Origin: Felis catus
Lineage: Eukaryota
Assembly (NCBI RefSeq): GCF_018350175.1
Contig: NC_058368.1
Location: forward strand, 43,340,001-43,404,000
Length of the DNA: 64,000 nt
Direction: 5' to 3'
This document shows positions 53,140 through 64,000 of this stretch, piece after piece. The translations under genes and the position numbers were made by a program. The number at the start of each line of letters is the position of its first letter. Within the stretch, counting starts at the first letter, position 1. The notes under the pieces were generated by a model that saw only the letters and a program-made list of their open reading frames with translations, made no database searches and was not told the origin of the DNA.

Positions 53140-53357
53140 AAAAAAAAAAGTAATGTTTATTTATTTTTGAGAGAGAGAGAGACAGACAGAGTGTGAATGA
53201 GGGAGGGGCAGAGAGAGAGGGAGACACAGAATCTGAAGCAGGCTCCAGGCTCTGAGCTGTCAGCACAGAGGCTGACATGGGGCTCGAACTCAGGAACCAT
53301 GAGATCACGACCTGTGCTGAAGCTGGATGCTTAACCAACTGAGCCACCTAGGCACCC
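53140..53357 (-). mobile_element. Can-SINE
   Basis: TSD ctcttatgatttagatttt / ctcttatgatttacatttt. Confidence 0.96.
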
Positions 53358-53469
53358 CTCTTATGATTTACATTTTAAATGTAATTCAAGACTTCTGCTG
53401 ATATCAAATTATGTAATTCTGAGGAAAACTTAAAGAGCAGATTAATAATTTAAAAACTCCTCTGACAAT

Positions 53470-54280
53470 TTTGGAAAGCTTTATAGGCCAACGAAGAAAT
53501 ACTAGGCAGGATCTAGAAGATAGAAACCCAGAGGAATGAGCTCTGATTTGCAGGGGGATTTTTACACTACACATATCAGCAAATTTTCAAAGAGGCAACT
53601 GAAAAACAGAGATGCTGAGTAGAGCTTTCAATATTAACATAGGTTAGGAGGAAATGCCAAAGAAAGGCCAAATAACTTTTACTTCCCTATGACTCCCTTG
53701 TTGCTCCAACTCCCCTCACCATAGGCATATTCATACAATTGCAGTTTTAACCTTGAAAAGTTACACTCTGGAGGTGACAGTATACGGAAAATGAACTAGC
53801 TTTTCAGGAACTGAGAGTGAGGTTTAAATTTTTTTAATTTGTACATTAAATTGATTCAGTATTGTTAGAGCCCTACGATGCCTTTCTGAAAGCAAACATA
53901 CATCTTTGGAGTGACAGAGTCTGGTCTTGGGTTCCCAAATATATCTAGAGTCATTGATTTTAAGATGACTGTTTACATCTTCAAGAAAATAAATGACTAG
54001 TTTGAGATTTTCTTTAGTAAACTGAAATCTGTGCTATACAACCAAATGTACATTCCAGAACTGAGAAATACTTTAATTGGAATAAAAATCTCAACGGATG
54101 TGTTTAACAGCAGAAGGTGGGCAGTGGAGGTGGAGTGTATTAGTAAGACTTGTCAACTGAAAATCAGGTTAATAGGTGAACTGAATTATAGAGAGACAGA
54201 AGGATGGAAAATAAGAGAAATAGATGTTGCTATTAAGAGTGAAAAGATTTAATGTGTGTAGCTGAAATTCCAGAAGAAAT
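53470..54280 (+). mobile_element. ancient L1 5'/ORF1 relic
   Basis: Track peptide NQMYIPELRNTLIGIKISTDVFNSRR resembles the ORF1p coiled coil (NQMEILELKNTITEIKNSxDGLNSRL). Confidence 0.6.
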
Positions 54281-54366
54281 TTTTTGTTCCTAGCCATGCT
54301 TGTAACTTAATTAGTGTCTGTTTTAAATGAACCATGTTAAATTACTTAAAACAACTCTCTCTCTCT

Positions 54367-54579
54367 TTTTTTTAATGTTTATCCATTTATTTTGAGGGAG
54401 AGAGAAAAAGCACCAGTGGTGGAGGGCAGAGAGACAGGGAGACAGAGAGAATCCCAAATAGGCTTTTCGCTGTCAGTATGAGCCTGACGACATGGGACTC
54501 GATCTTACAACTGTGAGATCATGACCTGAGCTGAAATCAAGAGTTAGATGCTCAACCACCTGAGACACTCAGGCACCCC
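54367..54579 (-). mobile_element. Can-SINE
   Basis: Reverse SINE; flanks aactctctc...tttt on both sides. Confidence 0.93.
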
Positions 54580-56417
54580 TAAAAACTCTCTCTTTTAAGT
54601 CTGATATATTCTTTACCTTGAGTTGCCTTGTATTCTTTGAAAGAACAAAGGAAAGATAGATCTTGTCTGTTGAATGAACTAGGAGAAACCATGATTATTT
54701 ACTATTCCTGGCTTAGCTCAGTGATAGGCACAGCCAGGCTAATTGTGTCCATTCCAGGAGAGTCTTCCCTGAAGCTTTCCCTAAAAGGCAGGGATATTTC
54801 TATGTTTATGGACATTCAAATCTTGAGTGCTCAACAAGCAAGTATTAACTGCTTTGTATCATTTTCATTCTCTCCTATCTCAAATATGATCCAATACATT
54901 GCTTCAGTCTTTCAGTTTAAAATTTGATTCCTATAGCTTTTGATTTCAAACTTTTGGATGGAATGGGAATAGAAAAGCCTACGGGTTGTTATTTTTGTTG
55001 GTTGGTTGGTGGCTTTTGTCTTTTCTTGTTGTGGTTGTTCTCAGTCTTTCCCTTTGATTATAGCTTTGTGTATCCATAGCAAATCTTCTGAGATACAGTG
55101 CTTCCAGCTCAATGTGGCTACTGACAGTTCTCCTTCATTTTGTCCTATAGCATCCCTCTCTGTCCAAACTAGCATCATGGACAGAAACTGTACAATGTCA
55201 GTGGAATCACAGAACAAAACAACTTATAGCTCTCTAAAATCAAAACTTCATTCATTTAAAAACCATTTCTCAAGTTTCCAGATGTTATAAATCAAATTCT
55301 TGAAATTTATATGAAAATGCAAAAAAGATATATTGTCTACTTCCAAGCCAAATACAGTCCAGTATAGCCAAACAGTAAGTAAATAAATTGTTGTGGTACA
55401 ATAAAATGTTTTCTTTGGATTAGATAATGGACAGGATACCACAGAAATACATTTGAAAGTCACCTTTCATCTTTAATCCTAAAAGTATAGGAGCACTACT
55501 GTGTATGTTGGTGTTTCATGTTCTTCCAGGGAATATTAGGAAAAAATGAAAGCTTGTCAATAAACATCTCCCTCCCCATCCTTTACCTCTTTTTCCTTCC
55601 AGGACATCTAAAGGAGTAAAATTATCTTTCACTTTTGCTACATCTAAGATGATTTAATCACTGAAATCCTAGAAATGCAAATCTTTGTTATAAGATCTGA
55701 TGTCCAACTACTACACAGAGTCTATAGTCACTATCTTTTATATGGCTTCCTGTCCTGGGAGTGGCATTTACTTTGGAACATTTTCATTACAGTAGCAAAT
55801 TGGCATACAACCAAGAAAAATGACAATTTCTGTGGAACAAAATATGTGGATTGTGGGGAGGTGGAGGAGGAGGATATACAGCAGATGGGGGTAATGAGAC
55901 TTATTACATAAAGTTCTTGCTACTAATCAGCTCCATAATGGATCTGAGGCAGTGAAGGTTTCCAGGGGCTAGTGGCCTGCTCCTAATGATTCTTTGGCTG
56001 AAAACCTGACCTTCATTTTAATAGAACTGTATAAATACCAACTTTATCCCTTTCTTGGGAATTTCACCAAGTTGTTTTAACGAGAGAAGGCTTCTAATAT
56101 TAAATGAGGTTGTCTAGGGAAAGATTAGAGATTATTATTCACATTCAGTCTTAACGAGGTAGCTAAACATTGTGTCACCATTTAAAGGTGAAGCATGCTG
56201 TTTTGTTATTGCTGATTGATGGGTCTAGGATTCTGAAAGCATTCTGTAACTTTATAACTCAGCCTGATAATCCTACCAATCTTTATATATTTACACACAC
56301 ATACAACACACAGTTGTAAGAGATTCTCAGCATGAAATGCATTTAAATATTCAGTGAAGGGACAATTTAATCATGTTATTTTTCAAGATAAATAGGTAGT
56401 CCATAAATGACCCAGGA

Positions 56418-56951
56418 TGCCAAGAATTGTAAAAAGCCTGAGATTTTACCCTATTTGCAAACTAATGTGTTAGTCTGCCCCATTTTCATGGATGTTGGCT
56501 GAAGACCTAAAACTCCTAGTCTGAGACCAAGGCCTTTATTACTCATGGCACAGAAAGCAGAATGAGCATTAACATATTTACATTAGTTCACCTTGTCCCT
56601 AACTCCTGCAGGGCCCATGGGGATGGCATAGATGGATACCAGCAAATAAAATAGACTGCGTTACAAAAAAGGAATATTGAGCTTATGGAAACTGGCTCTC
56701 CTAATGGATAGTAAGCATGCTTACCCTCTTCTCCGAAGGAAGACATCATCGTCATCATACTAGAGGGAAAACACACTTGTCTCTTCCTCTGAAGGAAGGC
56801 ACTGTATCTTCCAATGTTGTGCACTATGCAAACATCCTTGAAAAGATGGACTGGAAAAAAATATTTTTAATGAAGGGAAATTAATGTCTTGTTTACAAGA
56901 TATAAATAAACATGAAACATGACAGACACACATAATATTGTGTCATAAGCA
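56418..56951 (-). mobile_element. ERVL LTR (MER74/MER73 family), 3' LTR of a truncated provirus
   Basis: tgagattttaccctatttgcaaactaa...tttcatggatgttggc...ctttattactca and aaacatccttgaaaagat match reverse MER74 motifs. Confidence 0.8.
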
Positions 56952-57458
56952 TGCCACTTGATCAATGATTCTGATTATCTGTCCTATAGAGACTGGGACA
57001 CATCTGTTCAATTGTCTCCCATAACATTTAATTAAGGCAACTGTCAACAGGTCTCCAAGTTGCAGGGTGAGGCTAATTTAGGTACTGACCTCAATGTCCT
57101 AGATAAAATGAACCAAACAAATCCCATAAAGCACCCAAGTCTACCTTAAAAAGCCATGTGACTTTCTCATTAAATTTCTGTACCAACATTTCCACCTTTT
57201 CCAAAGTACTAATTCATATTGAGAAAGTTGTTTTAGCAATTGCATGGGCTCTATCATGGACTAATAGAGCAAGTTTAGGGCAATTCTATCATTCATAACA
57301 ATCCTGTACAAGAAGTTGAAGCTGACCTGAACTGAATGCCTTCTAGTGCCAAAGTTGTACTGCTGAAAATTTCATCCAAAGTCAGAGGCAAATTCCATGA
57401 AACTTTTTTAACTAACTTCCATTATAGGAATAACTCCCCGTAGGATGCACATGAATAA
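56952..57458 (-). pseudogene. retroviral env TM-subunit remnant (ERV internal region)
   Basis: Manual minus-strand translation across frameshifts: LFMCILRGVIPIMEV / VKKVSWNLPLTLDEIFSSTTLALEGIQ / VSFNFLYRIVMNDRIALNLL / LVHDRAHAIAKTTFSI*ISTLEKVEMLVQKFNEKVTWLFKVDLGALWDLF. Confidence 0.8.
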
Positions 57459-57879
57459 TGTGTGTGTTTTTATTTTCAGGAAGATTGCCTAAATAGCCAA
57501 AGATAGCCTCATTTTGGAAAGTTCTTTCCGGTTACCTGAGGGCTAGATAATCTACTGATAGTGCTTACCTAAATATTTGAAGATCTCTACAACCTCAAGT
57601 AAGAAGCAAATCGTTTCCAACAAGGAGGCAAGTGACTACCTGCTCTTCCACACAAAAAGTACGCCCTGATGGAGCACCTGGTCACCCTGAAAAGAAAGCT
57701 ACGTTTTCAGTTGTTAGGGCTTCTTCTGTGTGGCCTACTATCGGTTGAGGGAACCAGTGGACACTGAGGGAACCACAAAGCCTCCAATGTGATTTCTGGA
57801 AGGATAGTGCATTTCAAATATCTGAGTTGAACCTTTCATTTTGAAGTGCTGGTCCTGAGGGCTGTGGAAGAGCCTCAGC

Positions 57880-58330
57880 AAATGCGTAGCGACAGGCGCC
57901 ATATGGCTGCAGGAGGTGCAGCCACAACCACACTTTCCAGCCGATTCCTGATCTCGCGGGATCTCCAGAGACCTACGGGTGCCTGTAGGGAGTCCCAGGA
58001 CGAGAAACGCGCTCGTGGCAGGGGCTGCGCTGAACTCCTTTTCCTCAGTTTGTCAGTGAGCAGTTTGCCTCACACTGTTGTACAATTCCCTGTGCTCGTG
58101 GACTTCCCCACTTTGCACAATCAGAGTCACAGTGCTGCCGTGCCTCGCCCTAGAGACTCGCCCAGGTGTAGAGAGCCAAAGCTGCGCCCAGAGGGGACCC
58201 CCAAAGCTATACACCGGGGAGCAACCGGCGCAAGCTCAGGCCGCGAACCTACAGCCCTCCGCGTGTTCTGCGGCAATCTAACCCTGGCTGTATGCGCTGG
58301 CAGAACAGAATCCTTCCACCTCACAGACCG
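57880..58330. promoter_or_regulatory. CpG-enriched promoter-like region
   Basis: About 27 CpGs in ~450 bp of non-repeat GC-rich DNA, against a CpG-depleted AT-rich background; followed by an ATG and a splice donor. Confidence 0.75.
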
Positions 58331-58354
58331 ACTCTGCTATGACTGGGAATCAGC

Positions 58355-58395
58355 ATGGAGATAACATCTGGAGGAGCTGACCTATGTTATGTGTG
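58355..58395 (+). CDS. candidate first coding exon segment (MEITSGGADLCYV plus 2 nt), gene unidentified; may be a 5' UTR exon
   Basis: cagcATGG has A at -3 and G at +4; the frame is open to the consensus donor TG|GTGAGT at 58396. Confidence 0.35.
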
Positions 58396-59763
58396 GTGAG
58401 TACAGAGGCTGGGTACCCTCACTTGCTGTTTCTGACAGATGTCTCAGATTAAGACGGTGATCAAATAGTGGTCAGTGAAATCTGTTAGAGAATGGCAGAG
58501 ATTAAAGTGGCAGCAAGGTTTGGGAGCGTTGCTCTAGTGCTTTCCTTTCTTAATGAAGGTTTTGTGAATTTTAAAAGAGATAGATGACTGGTGTTTTTCC
58601 ATCCCTCAGACTTCTCTGGGTCTAAAACACCGCTCTGAGGCATTTCCCTCTCCTTTCTGGTAAAAGTCAGTGTGTCTCATTCCTATAGTTATAACCTCGT
58701 TCTTTTTTTTTTTTTTTTTTTTTTTAAATCATTCCCTACTCACATGAAAACATTTCATCTGCTGTAGTCCATTCAAGGCAAAAAAAAAATTAAACATGTT
58801 CTAATGTGAGTTCTAATATGATCTTACTTTGGCCCATTATAGATTTGACGAACAGTGTACTTGACTGCGTAGTCATTATTATCCTTGTGATCCAGAACTC
58901 TTTTAATCGAACAAAATAATCTAGATGGCTGAATCAAGAATTAATTTTGGATGCTCTGGGCCTTCTTTTGGTCAGCGTGACATCTAACAGGCTGTTGTAG
59001 TTAAGGAAGGGAAGGAAGCATCATGTCCCGGAATGAACAGATGGAATCCTGAATTTTCTAAATAGATTTATATAATTTCCCACCCCTTTTGTCTGATCAT
59101 TAACCAGGAAATAGTGGAAGTGGCTGTTCCCATCTTGGGGATAGATGCATACAGTGTCAAAACTTCCTTACTTAAACACGAGGAAAATTTTGTCTTGGAA
59201 GAAAATAACAAGGTTGTGAAATTAAAACAATCAGTTTGCTGTTTCTTTGCTTTAGTCAAATAACCCAGTTCTAAAATAAACTTGAAACTCTTTTTTGTTT
59301 TATACTTGCTTCATTGAAAAAGAAATTTTCAAACACTGTTTTAAAACTCAAACATTACATACTATGGAAATATTATAACATCTGCCCTAAATAAAGAGGC
59401 TATATATCATGCTGAGAAGAACATCGAGCCTGGCTCTAGCTGTGTCTTAAAAAATGCTGTGTGCTTCTCTGTACATATTTCCCTATTTGTGAAATGTAGG
59501 GACTAGACAAGCTGGTCATTAACAGATCTCAATATCTTAAGCTACAGATAAATAGCTTCTGGAGAGTTTTACTGGGCTTGCATTTACTTCCCTGTAACAA
59601 ATATAAATAATTTATAAATAATTGGGTGATTTTGTCTGCTCAAATTATTTGGCTAGAAATCCAGAAATCTCTCTCTCTCTCTCTTTTTATTTTTTTGTAC
59701 TCTACAAATTTCCTAGTTTTCACTCATAATGGTGACACATTATCATGGTATATTTTTTCCATC

Positions 59764-61520
59764 TTTATTGAGGTATAATTGATCCATAACATTCTGTAAG
59801 TTGAAGGTATACAATGTGGTGATTTGATACATAAAAATATTCTAGAGTGATTGTCTTAATAAAGTAAGTTAATGCATCTATCATCTCACATAATTGCTTT
59901 TTTTTTTCTTTTTTGTGGCTGTGAGAACATTTAACATCTCTTAGCAACTTTCAAGTATGTAATACAGTATTACTAACTTAGTCACCATGCTATACATTAG
60001 ATACTCAGAATTAATTCATCTTACAACTGGAAATTTGTACCCTTTGACCAACACTTCTCCATTTCTCCCATCCCCAGACCCTAGCAACTATTATTCTGCT
60101 GTTTCTATGAGTTCAGTTTTTAAATTCTACATATAAGTGAGAGTATAGTATTTGTCTTTGTCTGACTTATTTCACTTAGCATAATGCCCTCAAGGTACAT
60201 CTGTGTTCCCACATACGGCAGGATTTTCTTTTTTATGGCTGAATATTGTGTATTGTATATTGTGTATATGTACACACAATATTCAATTGTGTGTATATAT
60301 ACTGCATTTTTTTCTCCATCTTTTCATTATTGGACATTTAGCTTGTATCTTAGCTATTATGAACAATGTTGCAGTCAACATGGGGGTGCAGATATTTTGA
60401 GAGAGTGCTTTTGTTGCCTTCAGCTGTATACCCAGAAGTAGAATTGCTAGATTATATGGTAGCTCTGTTTTTATTATTTTATTAATCTGCATACTGTTTT
60501 TCATAGTGGCTGAACAAATTTATATTCCCAGTAACAGTGCTAGCTGAACAAATTTACATTCCCACTAACAGTGCACAGTGGTTTCTTTTTCTCCTTATCC
60601 TTGCTAACTTTTGGTATCTCTTGTCTTCTTGATAACAGCCATTCTAAGAAGTATTAAATGATAACTCATTTTGGTCTGTATTTGCATTTGTTTGATGATC
60701 ATTGATGTTGAGCATCTTTTTATGTAACTGATGGTTATTTGTATGTCTGCTTTGCAGAAATGCCTGTTCAGATTTTCTGCTTATTTTTATGTTTTTATTT
60801 AAAAAATGTTTTTTAATGTTTATTTATTTTTGAGAGAGAGAGAGACACATACACACAAAGTGCGAGCAGGGGAGAGGCAGAGAGAGAGGGAGGCACAGAA
60901 TCTGAAGCAGGCTCCAGGCTCTGAGCTGTCAGCACAGAGGCCACCACGGGGCTGGAACTCACAAACCATGAGATCCTGACCTGGGACGAAGTCAGTGGCT
61001 TCACTGACTGCGCCACCCAGGCACCCTGACTGCTTATTTTTAAATTCAAATTATTTGGGGGGCGGGTTTGCTATTGAGTTGTATGCGTGCCTACATATTT
61101 TGGATATTAACTCCTTAGCTGATAGATGGTTTGCAAATATATTCTCTCATTCTATAGGTTGCCTTTTAATTTTGTTGATTTTTTTTTTCTTTTGCTTTGT
61201 GGAAGCTTTTTAGTTTGATGTGGTCCCAGTTCTTTGTTTCTTATTTTGTTGCTTATGCTTTTGGTGTCACATCCAAAAAAATCATTACCAAAACCAATGT
61301 CAAAGAGCTTTTTCCCTATGTTTTCTTCTAGGAGTTTTGCTGTTTCAGCTCTTACACTTAAGTCTTTAATCTATTTTGAGTTAATTTTTGTAAGTGGTAT
61401 AAAATAGGGGTCCAGTTTCATTCTTTACATGCGACGCTTCAGTTTTCCCAGCACCATTTATTGAAAAAAACTATCTTTTCTGCATTGAGTATTCTTGGCT
61501 CCCTTGTCAAGCATTCGTTC
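59764..61520 (-). mobile_element. 5'-truncated L1 (L1MA-like) with nested SINE
   Basis: tttattgaggtataattga...gtcaccatgctatacattaga...tctgacttatttcacttagcataatgccctcaagg...ttttcccagcaccatttattgaa. Confidence 0.92.
60790..61028 (-). mobile_element. Can-SINE nested in L1
   Basis: TSD ctgcttattttta on both sides. Confidence 0.95.
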
Positions 61521-61824
61521 ATATTTTTGATGAATTAGTTTATAAATATATGCCTAGTATTCTAATGGCGTGGTTAGGGAACAAATGGGAAAGATATGGA
61601 GGAGGAAAATATGAAGAAGAAAATATTAAAAGTGAATATTTTTCCCTTCTCATGTGCCCCTATCCAGTTTTTAGAAACTCAGTCATGGCACTGGAACAAG
61701 TCCCTGATGTTTCACTTAGTCCCAGTGTTTCCTTTAGCTCTATTCAAGTCTTTGAAACATAATCCCTTTATTAAAGTATCTTTAATTACCCACTGAAGGT
61801 ATCATCTGTTTTCTCTCAGGCCTC

Positions 61825-61978
61825 TGATGTAGGTAGTTTGGCATAATTATCACCATTTAACAGTAGAGAATCCAAACATATAGAACTATATGACTCGTGT
61901 AATATTCCATAATTAATGAGTCATGAAACAAGGACTAGAACTAAGATCTCATTCTAGTGACCTTTCTTTTAACCATGG
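61825..61978 (-). mobile_element. MIR relic
   Basis: ttatcaccatttaacagtagagaatcc...aaggactagaactaagatctc...cttttaacca. Confidence 0.5.
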
Positions 61979-62422
61979 TGGTTTTTTCTTCAGTTTTCTT
62001 GGCCTCGTCAGTTTGCTTATCTAAATTTTTTGAATGTGAAGTTATTGAAGTAAATACTACTAAGAATGTTCCCTCTCCTAAAATTCAATGATTTAATAAT
62101 ACTAGTCAGTGTAATATTTTGCACTGTGGATCCACAAGAGGATTCTGACATTCTCTATAGCCTATGGGTATCTAAATACATCATTGAACATTAGACTTCT
62201 ACCTTAATTTGTTGTGTTCTTGCATCCCCCATCTCTTGACTAAAAACATGTATTTCTACATGATTGGCTTTATTGTTTAATTTGAAGGCAGCATTTATGA
62301 CTGCCAATTCCGAATATCTTCAGTGAGTTCTAATTTCCATCTACCTATGCTGGCCCTCCTCCCCATTTCATGACAATTTATTAAATAAGAAAAATTCAAG
62401 TTAATATTAGCCTAGTTATATT

Positions 62423-62506
62423 GAACATTTTTTAATGTTTATTTTTATTTTTGAAGGAGAGAGAGAGAGAGAGATGGAGCTTGAGTGGGGGAAGGGCAGA
62501 GGGAGA

Positions 62507-62553
<47 letters not shown>

Positions 62554-62693
62554 GGGGGCTCCAGGCTCCGAGCTGTCAGTACAGAGCTGGACATGGGGCT
62601 TGAACTCACACTGTTTTTAGAAAGACACAAACTGTGAGATCATGACCTGAGTGGAAGTCAGATGCTTAACCGACTGAGCCACTCAGGTGCCCC
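62423..62693 (-). mobile_element. Can-SINE carrying an internal (CA)n expansion
   Basis: TSD tagcctagttatatt / taggctagttatatt; (CA)~20 at about 62510-62549. Confidence 0.94.
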
Positions 62694-63649
62694 TAGGCTA
62701 GTTATATTTTAAAGAAACTATATGTTAAATCCCAAATTCTGTAACAGATATCTTTTTAATTATTAACATGTCAGTGCTATTCTTTATGAATGTTTTATAA
62801 ATAGAAAAATTATCACTTTTTTGGTATATATAATTTCTAGTGTTTCTTTCACTTTAGTTTCAATCATGGTCAAGCAACTTTGAAACCCAATTTTTGTTTA
62901 AGGAAATGCCAGAACATCTGTTGGTAAAACAAGGAAATGGAAGGGATTCTGGGGTAGGATTAGTCTCAGAATTGTACTTTAGGACTTGATGTAGGCATAA
63001 ATAAATGGAATTTTTTCATCTCTGAAGATGCCAATGTATAGAACAAATTTTTCTGCACCTGTAACTTAAAAGGAACATCTTTCATTAAAAAAAGCTAAAA
63101 CTAAAAGCTTTGATAAAAAATAAATCGGAATAGAAATTATTAAAACAAACTGTGTCAAGTTTCTATTAGAGGCTCATCCAACATTAATTGTAAACTTTTT
63201 GGTATAACATTTAAGTTTTCTTTAATTATTAATATTTGGTCTCAACCTACCATGCCAGCTGAAACTTCTAATACTCCATTCATATAATTTATATTCAGAG
63301 GCCTCAAGTTCAATTTCCCACAAAGTCAGCAAATAATAGAATAAGTGAACTATCCAATGTTTGTTTCATAATGGTGATTCAAGTGCATATTAAAGTTAGA
63401 TAAAGAGAAATACTTTTCACTTCCCTAATTTCTCTTGTTTTTCCTTACTATTTAATATTTTCATATATTGACACAAAAGATACTTCAAATTCCTGTTTAA
63501 TGTTTGAAAAAGGAAAGAAAGAAATTAGTGCAGGGTTGGTGATAAACAATGTCAAAGAACAAAAGGAAATATTGGAGACTTTAGTAAAAAAAGAATGAAT
63601 GCTTCATGTAAAAGACACGTGTGCTTCTGGGATCCAGACAAATATTGTT

Positions 63650-63960
63650 ATGAGGTAATATAATTCTGATGTTATAGGGTCTTCCAAAACTTTAGGAATA
63701 TACAAAGATCTGTTTCAAAGACATGAAACAGTGCTGGTATCTGGGGTCAAGAACTATAGACAGAAGAAGGTATTAGTGTATAAGATGATATGTTGAAGGA
63801 AGGGCAAGAAAACCAAAGTGACTACAGCAAAGTGAAAGAAATGGGCAATGAAGTTAGAGAAGTAAAGTTATGGTATGGGCAATTCTTACAGATTCCTGTA
63901 GTAAATCGTAAGGAATGTAGTTTGTTTCTGAATGAAATAGGGATCCATTGAAGAGTGTAA
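63650..63960 (-). mobile_element. L2 LINE relic
   Basis: tgttgaaggaagggcaagaaaaccaaagtgactacagc...gtaaggaatgtagtttg...gggatccattgaagag is typical of the reverse L2 body. Confidence 0.55.
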
Positions 63961-64000
63961 TTTTTTTTTTTCTAAGTGGAGTCTCAAGCTTTTAAAGGTT

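Noticed and set aside
57846..58364. 172-aa ORF over the CpG block
   Set aside because: The track start is GTG, the product is Arg/Ala/Pro-rich with no recognisable domain, and long ORFs are expected in GC-rich promoter DNA.

Overview
Mammalian, AT-rich and repeat-dense DNA. It is almost certainly felid: 30 tRNA-derived Can-SINEs of the SINEC_Fc type plus carnivore-type L1s. Most of the window is intergenic or intronic transposon sequence: a full-length but disabled ~7 kb L1 (39744-46702, 18-bp TSD) nested inside two older L1s, several truncated L1s, MaLR/ERVL LTRs (MLT1, LTR16, LTR33, MER74-like), MIR and L2 relics, and microsatellites. The only gene-like signal is a CpG-enriched promoter-like block at ~57880-58330, followed by a Kozak ATG (58355) and a consensus splice donor (58396). 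This is a candidate first exon of a + strand gene that I cannot name. Just upstream lies a decayed retroviral env transmembrane-subunit remnant attached to a MER74-like LTR. Nearly all ORF-track entries are artefacts of SINEs, L1s or simple repeats. I see no evidence for a wholly new biological system. The points worth checking are the env fossil next to the promoter, three sites hit twice by retrotransposons (triple TSDs), a 23:7 SINE strand bias, a twin-priming L1 inversion and a possible divergent lncRNA. Repeat subfamily names come from recall of consensus sequences and need RepeatMasker/Dfam confirmation, and boundaries of old repeats are approximate.
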